A stretch of 64,000 nt of DNA from Porphyridium purpureum. Taxonomy: Eukaryota. Made by a program: the position numbers and the translations under genes. Below are positions 42,725 to 53,165 of the stretch, in pieces; within the stretch, counting starts at the first letter, position 1; each line of letters opens with the position of its first letter. Location: positions 682,001 to 746,000 of the forward strand of contig VRMN01000003.1 of assembly GCA_008690995.1 (NCBI GenBank). Direction: 5' to 3'. The notes beneath the pieces are model-generated. The model saw only the letters and a program-made list of their open reading frames with translations. It searched no databases and was not told where the DNA came from.

Positions 42725-44314
42725 ATGGCGCGCTTTCCAGGGCTGAGAGCCGGGGCTGCAGGATCGATGCTGCTGCTGGTGGCGGTGTGCGTCCTCATCG
42801 CTGGGCGCGCGGTGGCGCGGTCCGACGCGCACAAGTGCGCGTCGGCAGACTTTGGAGTCTCTCAGCTGCGACCGCTGTTGCCGGGGCCGTCGTATTTGCG
42901 CCATATGCTCGGCACCACATGGAAGGATGCCATGCACGAGTCTGCCGAAATCGGCACTCAGCGAAGAGCGAACTGCCATGACACCTTTCCGTACTTGTGG
43001 AAAGTGGAGTTCAAGGGGGATGTCGAAGGTGCTGTGACCGCTCTTGCCCGCTTTCACATTGCCGGTGACATTAGCGAAAGCATCGTTTTCGGAAGGGTAA
43101 CAGCCGTTGACTTCAACTACGGCGACGAGCTAGGCGAGCCGGCCGTGCAACCGACCGTGAACGTCATCGCAGAGGAAGTCGAGAAACCGGACGCCTCGTA
43201 CCCAGACGGGAAGTATGTGAAGCTTACGGCAAGTGGGTTGTTATCGGGAAGCACCGCTGTTTTTCGTATTGACTTGAAGCTCGACTGCTCCAAGCGTAAC
43301 AAGGAAGGTGTCACGGAGGAACAGAGAGAGGCGGCTTTGGTTGAGTATATTGGCGAGATTGTCGATACACCTCGTGTCATGTGCGCAGATTCAATTGAGA
43401 CTGACGCTCGCGGCGTGCCAACGCTTCCATTTGGTGATCTGTCTTCGCGAATCAGCATGCCCACAGTTATCATGAGGCAGGCGGGACCTGTGCGTGGTTT
43501 CACTGAACTGACTGTGTTTGTCAAAGCGTGTCCGGCGCTCAACTGCAACTCAGACTGTAACCCGAGCTCCTTTGGCTCTGGGTTCAGGTTATTGGGAAAC
43601 GTCGACGGGTCAGCTGGCTTTAATGGAGTCAACCCGATTTTCTACCCGCGCGGTGAATGCACTCCTTTCTTATTTTGCTACATCTGGGAAGGTATTTTTG
43701 AGCTATCCGCTGACTATGTCTACTTCAATGTTACGGATCAAGAATTCAGAGTGAACGAGACGAACACAACAATTGAAACTCTGCGCGAAATTGACGGCGT
43801 CGAATACTGGGGATTCAACTGGGTGACAGGAGCCACAGCATTTGAACCTCAGTACGCGTACGATTACTTCAATGTCGGTCCGGCGGGTAACATTCAATAC
43901 TTTGGCACTTCCAGGGCATTCATTGATGCATCAGGAGCAACTGCTCCAATTATTTCAAACGATGTTGTGGGTGTCTTCGCACCGGACGACGTTGCTGATT
44001 GCGACTGTATTAGCACCGGAATGACCGTGCCCACGCTCAGCTGGAGTTGTGGTGCTGGAGCGACTGGCACTGTGTCAGATCTCTGTACGAACAGTGGAAG
44101 TACGTATGACGAATTCCGCTGCGTGGAGTCCGGGGAGACTCCTACGGGCGATTGCTTCATCCTGGAGAAGGACACGTGTGTGCTGAACGCAACAGAAACT
44201 CAGAGTGCAATGGATGGGCTGTTCCGATGCAATGTCCTGAGTGGGCCGCTGTTACAATATTTTCCTTACAATGAGGTGTGTACCAACCCGGAGGCGTCTC
44301 CTCGTGGCTTCTAG
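42725..44314 (+). CDS. Secreted cysteine-rich protein of unknown function
   Basis: Signal peptide MLLLVAVCVLIAGRAVA, many Cys, N-x-T sequons, acidic, no TM. Confidence 0.8.
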   Translation: MARFPGLRAGAAGSMLLLVAVCVLIAGRAVARSDAHKCASADFGVSQLRPLLPGPSYLRHMLGTTWKDAMHESAEIGTQRRANCHDTFPYLWKVEFKGDVEGAVTALARFHIAGDISESIVFGRVTAVDFNYGDELGEPAVQPTVNVIAEEVEKPDASYPDGKYVKLTASGLLSGSTAVFRIDLKLDCSKRNKEGVTEEQREAALVEYIGEIVDTPRVMCADSIETDARGVPTLPFGDLSSRISMPTVIMRQAGPVRGFTELTVFVKACPALNCNSDCNPSSFGSGFRLLGNVDGSAGFNGVNPIFYPRGECTPFLFCYIWEGIFELSADYVYFNVTDQEFRVNETNTTIETLREIDGVEYWGFNWVTGATAFEPQYAYDYFNVGPAGNIQYFGTSRAFIDASGATAPIISNDVVGVFAPDDVADCDCISTGMTVPTLSWSCGAGATGTVSDLCTNSGSTYDEFRCVESGETPTGDCFILEKDTCVLNATETQSAMDGLFRCNVLSGPLLQYFPYNEVCTNPEASPRGF

Positions 44315-44762
44315 ACATGCCACTGGCTCGGACTTGTTACAGAACCTTCTTCCTTAAAACTTGTGACTGTTATTGTGCTGTAAGGCAGATTTTAAATTTG
44401 TACCTTGCTCCGTTCACCTGTTTTTATTGCACAAGTGGGACACACGGGTGGCGGATCGATTTAGGTTTCCCGCCCACCTCGCGCCCCGCGCCCCCCGCCC
44501 CCATCCATCAGAACGTAGAGCATGTGCTCTTTAATATACTTGATTGGGAGGACAATGCGCTTCGAACGCTGCCGCATTACTTCGCAAGAAATAGTTCTGT
44601 GTGTCGGCACGGAACGTTGCATTGTCATCCTACCATTACGCACGTGCATCCCCAGGGTAAAAGAACAACGAAGCGGGCATTTTGCAGGGCTGGCACCATG
44701 CTTCGCCACCAGAACTTGTCGTGAGGCTGCCGTCGTTCCGTAAACACCTCGGCGATTTCTTG

Positions 44763-46289
44763 TCAGAGTTCGTCTCGGGGGTCCGATGCAGGAACTTGGG
44801 ATCCATGCCTTGTAGAGCGCAACGTGTCCAATTGGCGGGAAGCTACGTCGAGCATACCATCCTCACACACGGCGGCCGTGGAGAAAACCATGTGATACTT
44901 GCATTGACTGGGTTCCGAAACCTCCACGATCGCCTCGCTTTCATCACAAGCGAGGTCGACCGTTATGGATCGTCGACTGCGACCCCAGCAGTAGTCTCCC
45001 AAGCGGAAATCCATTCGGACAGACGACTCAATAGACATCAAACTTTTGAAGTCACCAAGTTTAGCGATCTGACGACCATGCTCGTACTGCAAGACCTTGA
45101 CAAAAGGACAAATTTCGTACTCGTACGCACCCAGCGGACTACGATAGCAATTGTCGCGCAACACACGGACTCCGGGGAATCTCGCATGGTTTGCGTCCAA
45201 GGTGCGTATTCGCTCCGCAGCCTGAGACTGGCGATCCTGTACTTTATCAAGGAGTAACTTCCTTTCTTGTTGGATTGCGTCAACGCACGACTTTGCGGCA
45301 AGTAATCGTGCGTCAATAGAAAGAGCGTGGAAGCTCTCGCGCTCTGCGTCCTGGTGCACACACGAGGTGAATGGCATGATCTTGCATAATCTTTCTGTCG
45401 CTGACACAAACGAGTCAACTAGTTGGTGAGGCAGAAAGCCACGAAGCTTCTCCTCTTTCTCGCTTGGCCACGCCGAAATAAAATCAGCACAGCGCGATGG
45501 CGGCCACTTCGAAAGAACGTCCATTGTTTCCGCGCCTTGCACGGTATCGCTCTCCGTAGTGAGCTCGGAATCGGCTTCCGCACTTGTGCTCTGTCCAGCA
45601 CTCTCCGAAACGGTGAGATTTATATCTGACGTTGGGTTTCTGGCCAGTCCATCCTCCCAGCGCTTGACGAGTCTCCCCAATTCTTCAATATGCGCGTCAT
45701 ACTCACCAACCTTTTTGAGAGATCCCTCCGTGTCTAGCGCGGCTGACGCGTTGATCTCGTCCCTGTCCTTCGCCAGCAATGTCCATCCGTCCTTCTCCAT
45801 GCGCTTCCTCTTTGCCAATGCACGTTGGAATGCGCCTACTTTACGTTCCGACTCTTGTATGGCTCGCTCCCATTGGGCGTCACAGACATTTTGACAATGC
45901 GTGCGGCCAGCGTACTCGTCCGATCCATCACAACAATCGCAGACTCCATCGTCAACAAAGGAAGCGTGGATGGACGGCGCACCGACATCTGCGTCGCAGA
46001 CAAAATATCCGCCCGCGCCGCTGCACGCTGACGTCCCGGGTTCATCTGAGCCATCGGCGCAGTCGCAGTGGTCATCATTCACCAATGCGTATGGTAGCTG
46101 CACGGCGCGCGTGCCGGGCGGGGCGTCCAGCGGCACGCACGAGAACGGCTGTCCGTGGGGATACTGCTGGAGCCGCTGCGCACCCGCGCCGCGCACACGC
46201 ACGCCTGGATCGCCATGCACGCGGCTCAGTGCGTGCGCCGCTAGCACCACCGCCACGACGGCGCTCAGGCTTAGCTGCAGAGCCCTCAT
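44763..46289 (-). CDS. PRKCSH: Glucosidase II beta subunit
   Basis: Signal peptide, VNDDHCDCADGSDEPGTSAC, DDGVCDCCDGSDE, MRH domain (YEYEICPF, CWG, EPSQCKY), C-terminal RDEL. Confidence 0.93.
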   Translation of the reverse strand: MRALQLSLSAVVAVVLAAHALSRVHGDPGVRVRGAGAQRLQQYPHGQPFSCVPLDAPPGTRAVQLPYALVNDDHCDCADGSDEPGTSACSGAGGYFVCDADVGAPSIHASFVDDGVCDCCDGSDEYAGRTHCQNVCDAQWERAIQESERKVGAFQRALAKRKRMEKDGWTLLAKDRDEINASAALDTEGSLKKVGEYDAHIEELGRLVKRWEDGLARNPTSDINLTVSESAGQSTSAEADSELTTESDTVQGAETMDVLSKWPPSRCADFISAWPSEKEEKLRGFLPHQLVDSFVSATERLCKIMPFTSCVHQDAERESFHALSIDARLLAAKSCVDAIQQERKLLLDKVQDRQSQAAERIRTLDANHARFPGVRVLRDNCYRSPLGAYEYEICPFVKVLQYEHGRQIAKLGDFKSLMSIESSVRMDFRLGDYCWGRSRRSITVDLACDESEAIVEVSEPSQCKYHMVFSTAAVCEDGMLDVASRQLDTLRSTRHGSQVPASDPRDEL

Positions 46290-46626
46290 GTCCTTTGCGG
46301 CGGCGAGCAGCACGCGTGAGTCGTGACACGCGGACCGCAACCCGAGCAGCTCGCGTGCCATCACGCCTGCACAGGCGGGTGTTCAGTCGCGCGTTGACTG
46401 TAACTGTACACCCATCCACTGTACTCACTGTACTCGATGCCCTTCCAGCCGCGGTCGTCCTTCTGCCGTGCGTTCTTCCACCTGCCAACGAGCTCAAACG
46501 GAAAACGCCTTGTTCCACGACAGCCCGAGTCGGCAACAAAGCCGCATCCGCTCGGGCTGGTAGGGCGGGGAGAGCGAGGCGCGGAACTTTGCTGTAGCGG
46601 TGAGAGGCGTGGGAGGGACGGGAAGT

Positions 46627-47187
46627 ATGGATGCCTACGTGGGCTCGTTCACGCCCGCGTCATGTGGACGCTCGCGTTCGGGAGTCCGCACCGCGGCGGT
46701 TTGCGCAATGAGCAGCGTCGTGCCGCCGCGAGCCCGCTCGTCGCTCGCGGCAAAGCTGCACGTGCTTTCGCAGTCCGCGGCCAGCCCGATGTCTCGCCAG
46801 GCGCGCGAAGGACAGAACGAGCATTTGTACAGGGCGGCTGATCAGCTGCCGTGCGTGCTTTGTTATGGCGGCGGGAGCGTGCGCTGCTTCGATTGCCACG
46901 GAAAGGGCGTGCATCGTGTGCCGAAGGAATGCTCGGCGGCGGTTTTGCTGCAGTTCAAAGGGGGCCCGGTCCAGACTTGCTCCGTGTGTGCGGGCCACTG
47001 TACAGTGCCGTGTCCCGTATGCTTAAGAACGCTTTACAAAGAAGTTCGCAGTAAGTCCCTTGAGCATGCCTCCACGTCGCCGGTCGCTGTGGGCAAAGTG
47101 GCATCGGTTGCGAGGCAAGATTCCGGAGAAAGTGTTTTTCTCGAGCGCGCGGCCACAGCGTCTGTGAGAAGATTACCCGAGAGATAA
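46627..47187 (+). CDS. DnaJ-type CxxCxGxG zinc-finger protein, probably plastid-targeted
   Basis: CVLCYGGG, CFDCHGKG, CSVCAG, CPVC; Ser/Arg/Ala-rich N-terminus. Confidence 0.75.
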   Translation: MDAYVGSFTPASCGRSRSGVRTAAVCAMSSVVPPRARSSLAAKLHVLSQSAASPMSRQAREGQNEHLYRAADQLPCVLCYGGGSVRCFDCHGKGVHRVPKECSAAVLLQFKGGPVQTCSVCAGHCTVPCPVCLRTLYKEVRSKSLEHASTSPVAVGKVASVARQDSGESVFLERAATASVRRLPER

Positions 47188-47469
47188 AGATAGTGAAGAT
47201 CTGACCGTGATTGTGCCTCATCGAACTTGAGCCGGATAGGCCACAGACTCCCTTTGTCTTTACTACGCGCGGAGCACACTCAAAGCTCAGCCACGCAGCT
47301 CACCAACGGGAGGCGGAACCCACCACGAGGCTCTGATGGTCTAGCGCTCACCCGGGAGTCTCGGAGTCCGACATTTTTAGAAAAGAGCGTGCCGCAAAAT
47401 AGCTTGTTTCGTTTTCTTCCCACGGGAACACGAGGAGAGTGTGGTTGTTGCACTGTCGTGGGCGGCGAG

Positions 47470-48657
47470 ATGGGGAGCAAGGAGTATGCGTGGGAAGCGA
47501 ACTTCGAGCGATCATGGGATAAAATTCAAGAAGATCCGCAGACCGGGCGACTGTCAGCGAGCGAAGGAATCGCGCAGCAGCTGGCTCGGAAGCGGCGGCG
47601 TGACAGTCTCCGGGAGACGCTGCGGGGCAAAGTGAGGCGCGGTATGATGCGTTTCATGGTGCTGGCCCTTGACTTTTCGCGCAGCATGAACCTGACAGAC
47701 ATGCGACCTTCCCGTGCCGAGGTCGTGGTCGGCGCCGCACAGCTGTTTGTGCGCGAATTTTACGACCAGAACCCGATTTCACAACTCATCATCATTGCCA
47801 CTCGCAACGGCGTGGCGACCGTGCTGTCGCCGCTTGGATCAAATCCAGTCGCGCACATTAAGGCGCTCTCTGATTCACTGGCCGTGGGCACATTTGGAGA
47901 AGCATCGTTGCAGAACCTTCTTGTGCAAGGACTCGCCATCCTGGACGCCCTCCCTCTGTATGCATCACGAGAAATCCTGGTTGTCTTTGGCTCCATAGCA
48001 ACGTGCGATCCGGGAGATGTTCACGCCACCATTGGCGAGTTGCGCGAAAAGAAAATCACGGTATCCATAGTGTGCGTGGCGGGCGCCGAGGTGTATGTGC
48101 TGAAGAGCGCGTCGCACGAAACAGGCGGAAAACATTTTGTGCCCATGAATGAAGAGCACTTGCATCTGCACATGCAGATGTTCTTGCAGCCGCCGCAAGT
48201 GCGAGCAGATACGTTGGCGCCTTCTCTGATCCGCATGGGGTTTCCTGTGCTTCGCACCATCACCAGCGACCTACCCCCGAAAAAATGTCTTAACGACTTG
48301 ATCGAGCGACGTGTCGGGTACGAATGCCCAAGATGTAGCGCATGGCTCAGCGACGTTCCAATAGAATGCGTCCTTTGTGGACTGACACTTCTATCAAGCC
48401 CGCATTTGGCGCGTTCCTATCACCATCTGTTCCCGGTTCCGCGCTTTACAGAAAAATCCGTGTCAGGTGCAGCGGAAGCTGACCAGCAGCGGGCTTGCTC
48501 GGCTTGCCTCCGTTCTCTAGCAGCCGGCGGCGAGTCTGTGGCCGCCGAGTGTCCACGATGCTCGGAGGAGTTCTGCATTGAATGTGATTCTTTTATCCAC
48601 GAGTCTCTGCACAATTGTCCTGGCTGCGAAAATGGCGGGATCTTTATGTACGAATAG
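47470..48657 (+). CDS. GTF2H2: TFIIH subunit p44 / Ssl1
   Basis: YAWE..FERSW, vWA domain (DMRPSR, DQNPISQL, SLQN, TCDPGD), MGFP, PHLARSYHHLFP, C-terminal CIECDSFIHESLHNCPGC. Confidence 0.96.
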   Translation: MGSKEYAWEANFERSWDKIQEDPQTGRLSASEGIAQQLARKRRRDSLRETLRGKVRRGMMRFMVLALDFSRSMNLTDMRPSRAEVVVGAAQLFVREFYDQNPISQLIIIATRNGVATVLSPLGSNPVAHIKALSDSLAVGTFGEASLQNLLVQGLAILDALPLYASREILVVFGSIATCDPGDVHATIGELREKKITVSIVCVAGAEVYVLKSASHETGGKHFVPMNEEHLHLHMQMFLQPPQVRADTLAPSLIRMGFPVLRTITSDLPPKKCLNDLIERRVGYECPRCSAWLSDVPIECVLCGLTLLSSPHLARSYHHLFPVPRFTEKSVSGAAEADQQRACSACLRSLAAGGESVAAECPRCSEEFCIECDSFIHESLHNCPGCENGGIFMYE

Positions 48658-48795
48658 AGAAAGAATTCCGGAGAGGACGAGAAACTTCGTGATGTATATG
48701 CATAGGAAACATGATACGAAGCACTTAATTTATTCAAAAAGGCCTCTGCATTTATGGATGCGAACGTGACATGAGACGAGGACAATGCTGACATT

Positions 48796-50106
48796 CTACT
48801 TTGTCACGGCGTGAATTGCATCCGCCAAATATTCAACGCTCCTAGACGTAACGCCCGCCATCGAAATTCGGCCGTTCTTGGTCAAGTAAACGCTCCATTC
48901 GGTACTAAGCCGACCGACTTGCTCAGGAGTCAGACCAGAATAACAAAACATACCATTCTGCGAAGTGATGTGATCCCAGATTTTCGCGGAGCCACGTGCT
49001 TCCAAGCCCGAGCGAAGCTTCATGCGCATCCCTGTGATGCGCTCAGCCATGCCTTGCATTTCAAGGCGCCACTTGGACTCCAACGTTTTCTCCTGCAAAA
49101 TTTCATTGACGACACGTACGCCATGAATGGGCGGATTCGAATACATTGGTCGCGCTAGAATTTTGAGCTGCGACTCAACTGCTTGGGCCTCAGCAACAGA
49201 ATCACAGGCGAATGAAAGACATCCCACACGGTGGCCGTACAATCCAAAATTTTTGGAAAAGGACTGGGCCAGAATCATGTGATGACCATCCTTGAGAAAC
49301 TTGCGTGGTGCATATGCATCCACATCTGCGTCTCCGCTCGTAAAGCCCTGATACGCCATGTCAAAGAAAGGCACAAGATGCTTCTCCCTCATCAAGGCCG
49401 ACAACTGGTCCCATTGAGCCTTGGACGGATCCACGCCTGTGGGATTGTGTGCACATGCGTGCAAAAGCACAACAGAGCTGGGTGGCATTTTTTCGATGTC
49501 TGCTACCATACCCTTAAAGTCAAGGCCGCACGTGCTGGCATCGTAGTACGTGTAGCCTTTCACTGTACATCCTGCATCTTTGAAGATGGGAGTGTGATTG
49601 GCCCAGGATGGTGTCGGCAAGTACACGTCCGGAGCGTCATAGAATCGTGCCAGCAACTCCCCGCCCATCCTGCATGCACCGGTGCCAGAAAGCGTTTGCA
49701 TGCCTGCGAAGTTTTCAAACCCAGGCGCAGCCGAACACTCCGATCCGAATGCCAGCTTGAGGGCATTTTTCACGAACGTCTTGTCTCCCGCCACGGGTAG
49801 GTACTCCATTGCGTTCTCGGCCTCCAGCAGAATACGCTCTGCCATTCGAACGGACTCGAGGACAAAAGGCTTGCCCTCGTCGTCTCGATACGCGCCAACG
49901 CCGAGATTGATCTTCTTCGGGTTCGGGTCATGATTGTAGGCCACCGTCACACCAAGAATGGCATCCTCGGGCCCAAGCGGCACTTTACTCCAGCGCGACA
50001 TCTCGCGGCGCGCAGCGCACGAGCGCTGGAGGCTCCTTGCGAGCGTGCTGGACGGCGCCGTGAGCGCGCGCATACCGGCGATCCTCGTCATCGCACCTGG
50101 GGCCAT
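48796..50106 (-). CDS. GOT2: Aspartate aminotransferase, mitochondrial
   Basis: GPEDAILGV, NLGVGAYRDD, QTLSGTGA, HACAHNPTG, DMAYQGF, SFSKNFGLYG, RPMYSNPP, GRISMAG; Arg-rich presequence. Confidence 0.95.
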   Translation of the reverse strand: MAPGAMTRIAGMRALTAPSSTLARSLQRSCAARREMSRWSKVPLGPEDAILGVTVAYNHDPNPKKINLGVGAYRDDEGKPFVLESVRMAERILLEAENAMEYLPVAGDKTFVKNALKLAFGSECSAAPGFENFAGMQTLSGTGACRMGGELLARFYDAPDVYLPTPSWANHTPIFKDAGCTVKGYTYYDASTCGLDFKGMVADIEKMPPSSVVLLHACAHNPTGVDPSKAQWDQLSALMREKHLVPFFDMAYQGFTSGDADVDAYAPRKFLKDGHHMILAQSFSKNFGLYGHRVGCLSFACDSVAEAQAVESQLKILARPMYSNPPIHGVRVVNEILQEKTLESKWRLEMQGMAERITGMRMKLRSGLEARGSAKIWDHITSQNGMFCYSGLTPEQVGRLSTEWSVYLTKNGRISMAGVTSRSVEYLADAIHAVTK

Positions 50107-50657
50107 AGCGATGAGTGACGGTTCCTCCCCGCTGATCAGCAACAGCTCCCCTGCTGTCACACGCACGCACTGCCTCGATCGCCGGCTCACTTGCTCGTGC
50201 GCGACGGGTTCATGTTGTGTGGCGAAATATAAATCGTGTCGTGGATTTTTTTCTGATACGCCAGAAACGCTCAGCACGTACAGTTCGAGCTGTACTCCTG
50301 TCCTCCAGCAGCCGCCAAACACGGCGTGAAACAGGCACGCAGCTCGCGCAGACAGCAGCACATGCGGTCGTCATGTCAACCAGCTACATTTACTCCCCAG
50401 AACGGACCTGCCGATAGGGAATCGACGGAAAACTTGCACCGTCAGCACAGTGCACTTAAACTCCTCACCAGCTCTAATCTTCTGCGGATCAAACCCATCT
50501 CCCTACTGCTCGGCAAGGTCGAGATGGCCACCTGCGAACTGCAATTTCGGAGGCACAGCCCCGTCCCAGGCTCGAGTGTTCCAGACAGGATCGAACCTGC
50601 CATTCTGCTTCAATGATAACTTCCACCGCTTGAACCAGCTCGCTCGGAATAGTGCCG

Positions 50658-51752
50658 TTACTTTCGGAGGTTTCGAAGGTTTTCCAAGTCGCGTACAATG
50701 CGAGGAGGAAATCGGCGAATGCTGGCAATCCATTCAAGATCACGGTACCGATAGTCCTGCCCGGTTGCCAGTAAAAATTCGTCCTCGGCCGATGAGTAGT
50801 CGCCTGTCTCCCAGTATAGCGCGGCTAAAGCCGCGTGCATGTCCGGAAAGTAAGGGTACTTGCGTACAAGGAATTTCATGGTGCGAACCGCAATTTGGTC
50901 TTCGCCAAGCTGCGCATATGCGAGGGCCTCGTTTGCTAGAGCAAATACAAAGTTTTTGTCCAGCATTGCGGCGCGCTTGTAGTTGGCCAAAGCGAGGTCC
51001 CACTCGCCGCGCCCAGCGTGTGCGTTCCCAATATTATTTATGGCTGCAGGATCGTCGGTGCCAAATCTGCGCCGCGAAAGCGCGTTCGACTGCTCGTACG
51101 CCCGAATTGCAGCAGGGAAATCGCGCTTCCCTTCAAGTGCGACGCCCAGACCCAAGAATGGGTCCGGCTCGTCTGGACTCAACGCGATCGCCGCCCGGAA
51201 GTCTGCTATCGCCTCATCAAACCTGCGCTGCGATGTGCGGCAATTGCCGCGATTGCTGTACGCCGCAGCGTTCGAAGTGTTCAACGCAATAATCTCTGTC
51301 CACAGCTTCTCGGCCTCAGCGAAGCGCAGCTGGTTTGTCAGCTCAAACGCTTCGTCCTGCAGCTTGGTCACTTTTTTAAACTCGAGAACTGCATTTTCCT
51401 TCAATGCCTTTTCCGCCCTTCGCTGTTCTGCCTTGCTCCTCACTTCACCCGTGCTCCCGCCCGTTTCTTCTGCCAGAGCATGGATTGGGACGCTCCCGAC
51501 GAGAAGCGAACCGATCCACCACACGTTCATACCGACAAGCCATTCACGCCGCGTGCTCCAGGAACCATGCATGCACGAAGGTGTGAGCTTTCCGGGCTGC
51601 TCTCGCACTTGCTTTCTGGCTGCATGTCCAGCAAACACATCTTTTACGCACGTAGGTCGTCGGCGAACACTACAGACGCTTTGCCTGCACTGCACGCCTG
51701 CACGGCTCCCGCGGGAAACGGAGCCACCTCCATTTGTGAAACAGAGAGTCAT
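50658..51752 (-). CDS. TPR-repeat protein, cyanobacterial type, probably plastid/thylakoid-targeted
   Basis: AAAYSNRGN, NNIGNA, FALANEALA, LVRKYPYFPDMHAALAALYW; transit-like N-terminus with RR and a hydrophobic stretch. Confidence 0.85.
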   Translation of the reverse strand: MTLCFTNGGGSVSRGSRAGVQCRQSVCSVRRRPTCVKDVFAGHAARKQVREQPGKLTPSCMHGSWSTRREWLVGMNVWWIGSLLVGSVPIHALAEETGGSTGEVRSKAEQRRAEKALKENAVLEFKKVTKLQDEAFELTNQLRFAEAEKLWTEIIALNTSNAAAYSNRGNCRTSQRRFDEAIADFRAAIALSPDEPDPFLGLGVALEGKRDFPAAIRAYEQSNALSRRRFGTDDPAAINNIGNAHAGRGEWDLALANYKRAAMLDKNFVFALANEALAYAQLGEDQIAVRTMKFLVRKYPYFPDMHAALAALYWETGDYSSAEDEFLLATGQDYRYRDLEWIASIRRFPPRIVRDLENLRNLRK

Positions 51753-51944
51753 TCTTATCACCGCTCGTCTTCTCCTCAATCCGGCCCAACCAGTCTCGAG
51801 ACGGCATCCTTTTGCTCCTGCCGTTCCTCTGTCGTCAAGGTCGCGTTAGCAGCCGCCACTAATCGCTGATTGGATAAGGGATGCCCGGGCTCGTACGTTT
51901 CATCTTCAGTTAGCCTGGCTGGAGTGGCGTGTGCAGACCCGAGC

Positions 51945-52865
51945 ATGGCGGTGGTAGAAGCAGCGGCATCGGTGGCAGCACCATGCCGGAGCATGTTGGA
52001 CCCGACGCAACTGCGCGAGATGGTGCGTGAATGGCTTCGAGAAGACATACCTGCAATGGACTTCGCAGGCGCAGTGGTAGGGAGCGACGTACGCACAGCA
52101 CACCTCCTGCAGAAATCACCAGGCATGCTGGCCGGGGTACCCTTTGTGGAGGCCGTGTTTGATGAACTGGGGATGCGCGTCGAGTGGGATCCGCATGTTC
52201 ACGAAGGCATGCGAGTAGAGCACACCGGCGCGGGCGAGAAGCGTGTCCTGGCTTCTGTGACGGGGCCAGCCGACGACCTGCTGAGAGCTGAACGCGTGGC
52301 TCTCAATTGCTTGTCGCGATGCTCCGGGATTGCCACGCGAGCAGATGACCTCATGCGGATTGCTGCGGCGCACGGCTGGCGAGGCAGAGTGGCGGCGACT
52401 CGCAAGACCACGCCGGGCTTTCGTGTGGTTGAAAAGTATGGGGTGATCGTGGGCGGTGCCGACCCGCATCGCATGAACCTATCGTCCATGATCATGCTGA
52501 AGGACAATCACGTGTGGAGCGCAGGCAACATAACAAAGTCTGTGCAGCGCGCAAGGGCGCTCGCGGGCTTTTCTGTTAAAATTGAGGTCGAGTGCCGCTC
52601 CCTCGACGAGGCGCGTGAGGCGTGTCATGCCGGTGCGGATGTGGTCATGCTGGACAACTTTGATCCACTTAATTTTAAGGAGACTGCAAGGGCCGTACGC
52701 AGCGAGTTTGCCCATGTAATCATCGAGGGGTCTGGTGGCCTTAGTGAGAGCACGCTTTCCGACTTCTTTTGCGAAGAAGCTGACGTTCTCAGCATGAGCA
52801 TCATGCAGAATTACCAGTGCGTAGACTTTAGCCTCAAAATTCAGCGTCCTTCAGCCGTCGGATGA
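51945..52865 (+). CDS. QPRT: Nicotinate-nucleotide pyrophosphorylase (quinolinate phosphoribosyltransferase)
   Basis: WLREDIP, AERVALN..RCSGIAT, TRKTTPGFR, HR, MLKDNH, KIEVEC, MLDNF, EGSGG, DFSLK. Confidence 0.95.
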   Translation: MAVVEAAASVAAPCRSMLDPTQLREMVREWLREDIPAMDFAGAVVGSDVRTAHLLQKSPGMLAGVPFVEAVFDELGMRVEWDPHVHEGMRVEHTGAGEKRVLASVTGPADDLLRAERVALNCLSRCSGIATRADDLMRIAAAHGWRGRVAATRKTTPGFRVVEKYGVIVGGADPHRMNLSSMIMLKDNHVWSAGNITKSVQRARALAGFSVKIEVECRSLDEAREACHAGADVVMLDNFDPLNFKETARAVRSEFAHVIIEGSGGLSESTLSDFFCEEADVLSMSIMQNYQCVDFSLKIQRPSAVG

Positions 52866-53077
52866 ATAAAGATCTGGCAGCCAGCAGGCTAGGCGGACGA
52901 TCAGAAACGTAGCCGTGAATGCGCATGTGCGGAAGCCGTGTGCCTCGCGCGGACATGGTGCCGCGACGAGCATCAGCTAAGCGAGCGCCCATGGAATAAG
53001 AGCGAATTTAGAAAAGTAATCTGTAAAATATTAATATATATATTTTAATTTTTCACTCAGTTCACAAGAAGCAGCCA

Positions 53078-53150
53078 GCTCCCTTAGCTCAGTTGGTAGA
53101 GCGCCAGACTCTTAATCTGGTGGCCGAGGGTTCGAGCCCCTCAGGGAGTG
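53078..53150 (+). tRNA. tRNA-Lys, anticodon CTT
   Basis: Cloverleaf: acceptor GCTCCCT/AGGGAGT, D arm GCTC/GAGC, anticodon stem CCAGA/TCTGG with loop CTCTTAA, T arm GAGGG-TTCGAGC-CCCTC. Confidence 0.95.
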
Positions 53151-53153
53151 TGA

Positions 53154-53165
53154 TTTTTCTTTTTT
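53154..53165 (+). terminator. Oligo-T RNA polymerase III terminator
   Basis: TTTTTCTTTTTT starting 4 nt after the tRNA 3' end. Confidence 0.75.

Noticed and set aside
50983..51849. 288-aa + strand ORF, and similar long shadows (26770..27438, 27735..28601, 45779..46597, 62556..63227)
   Set aside because: Antisense to well-supported genes in GC-rich sequence, with no motifs of their own.
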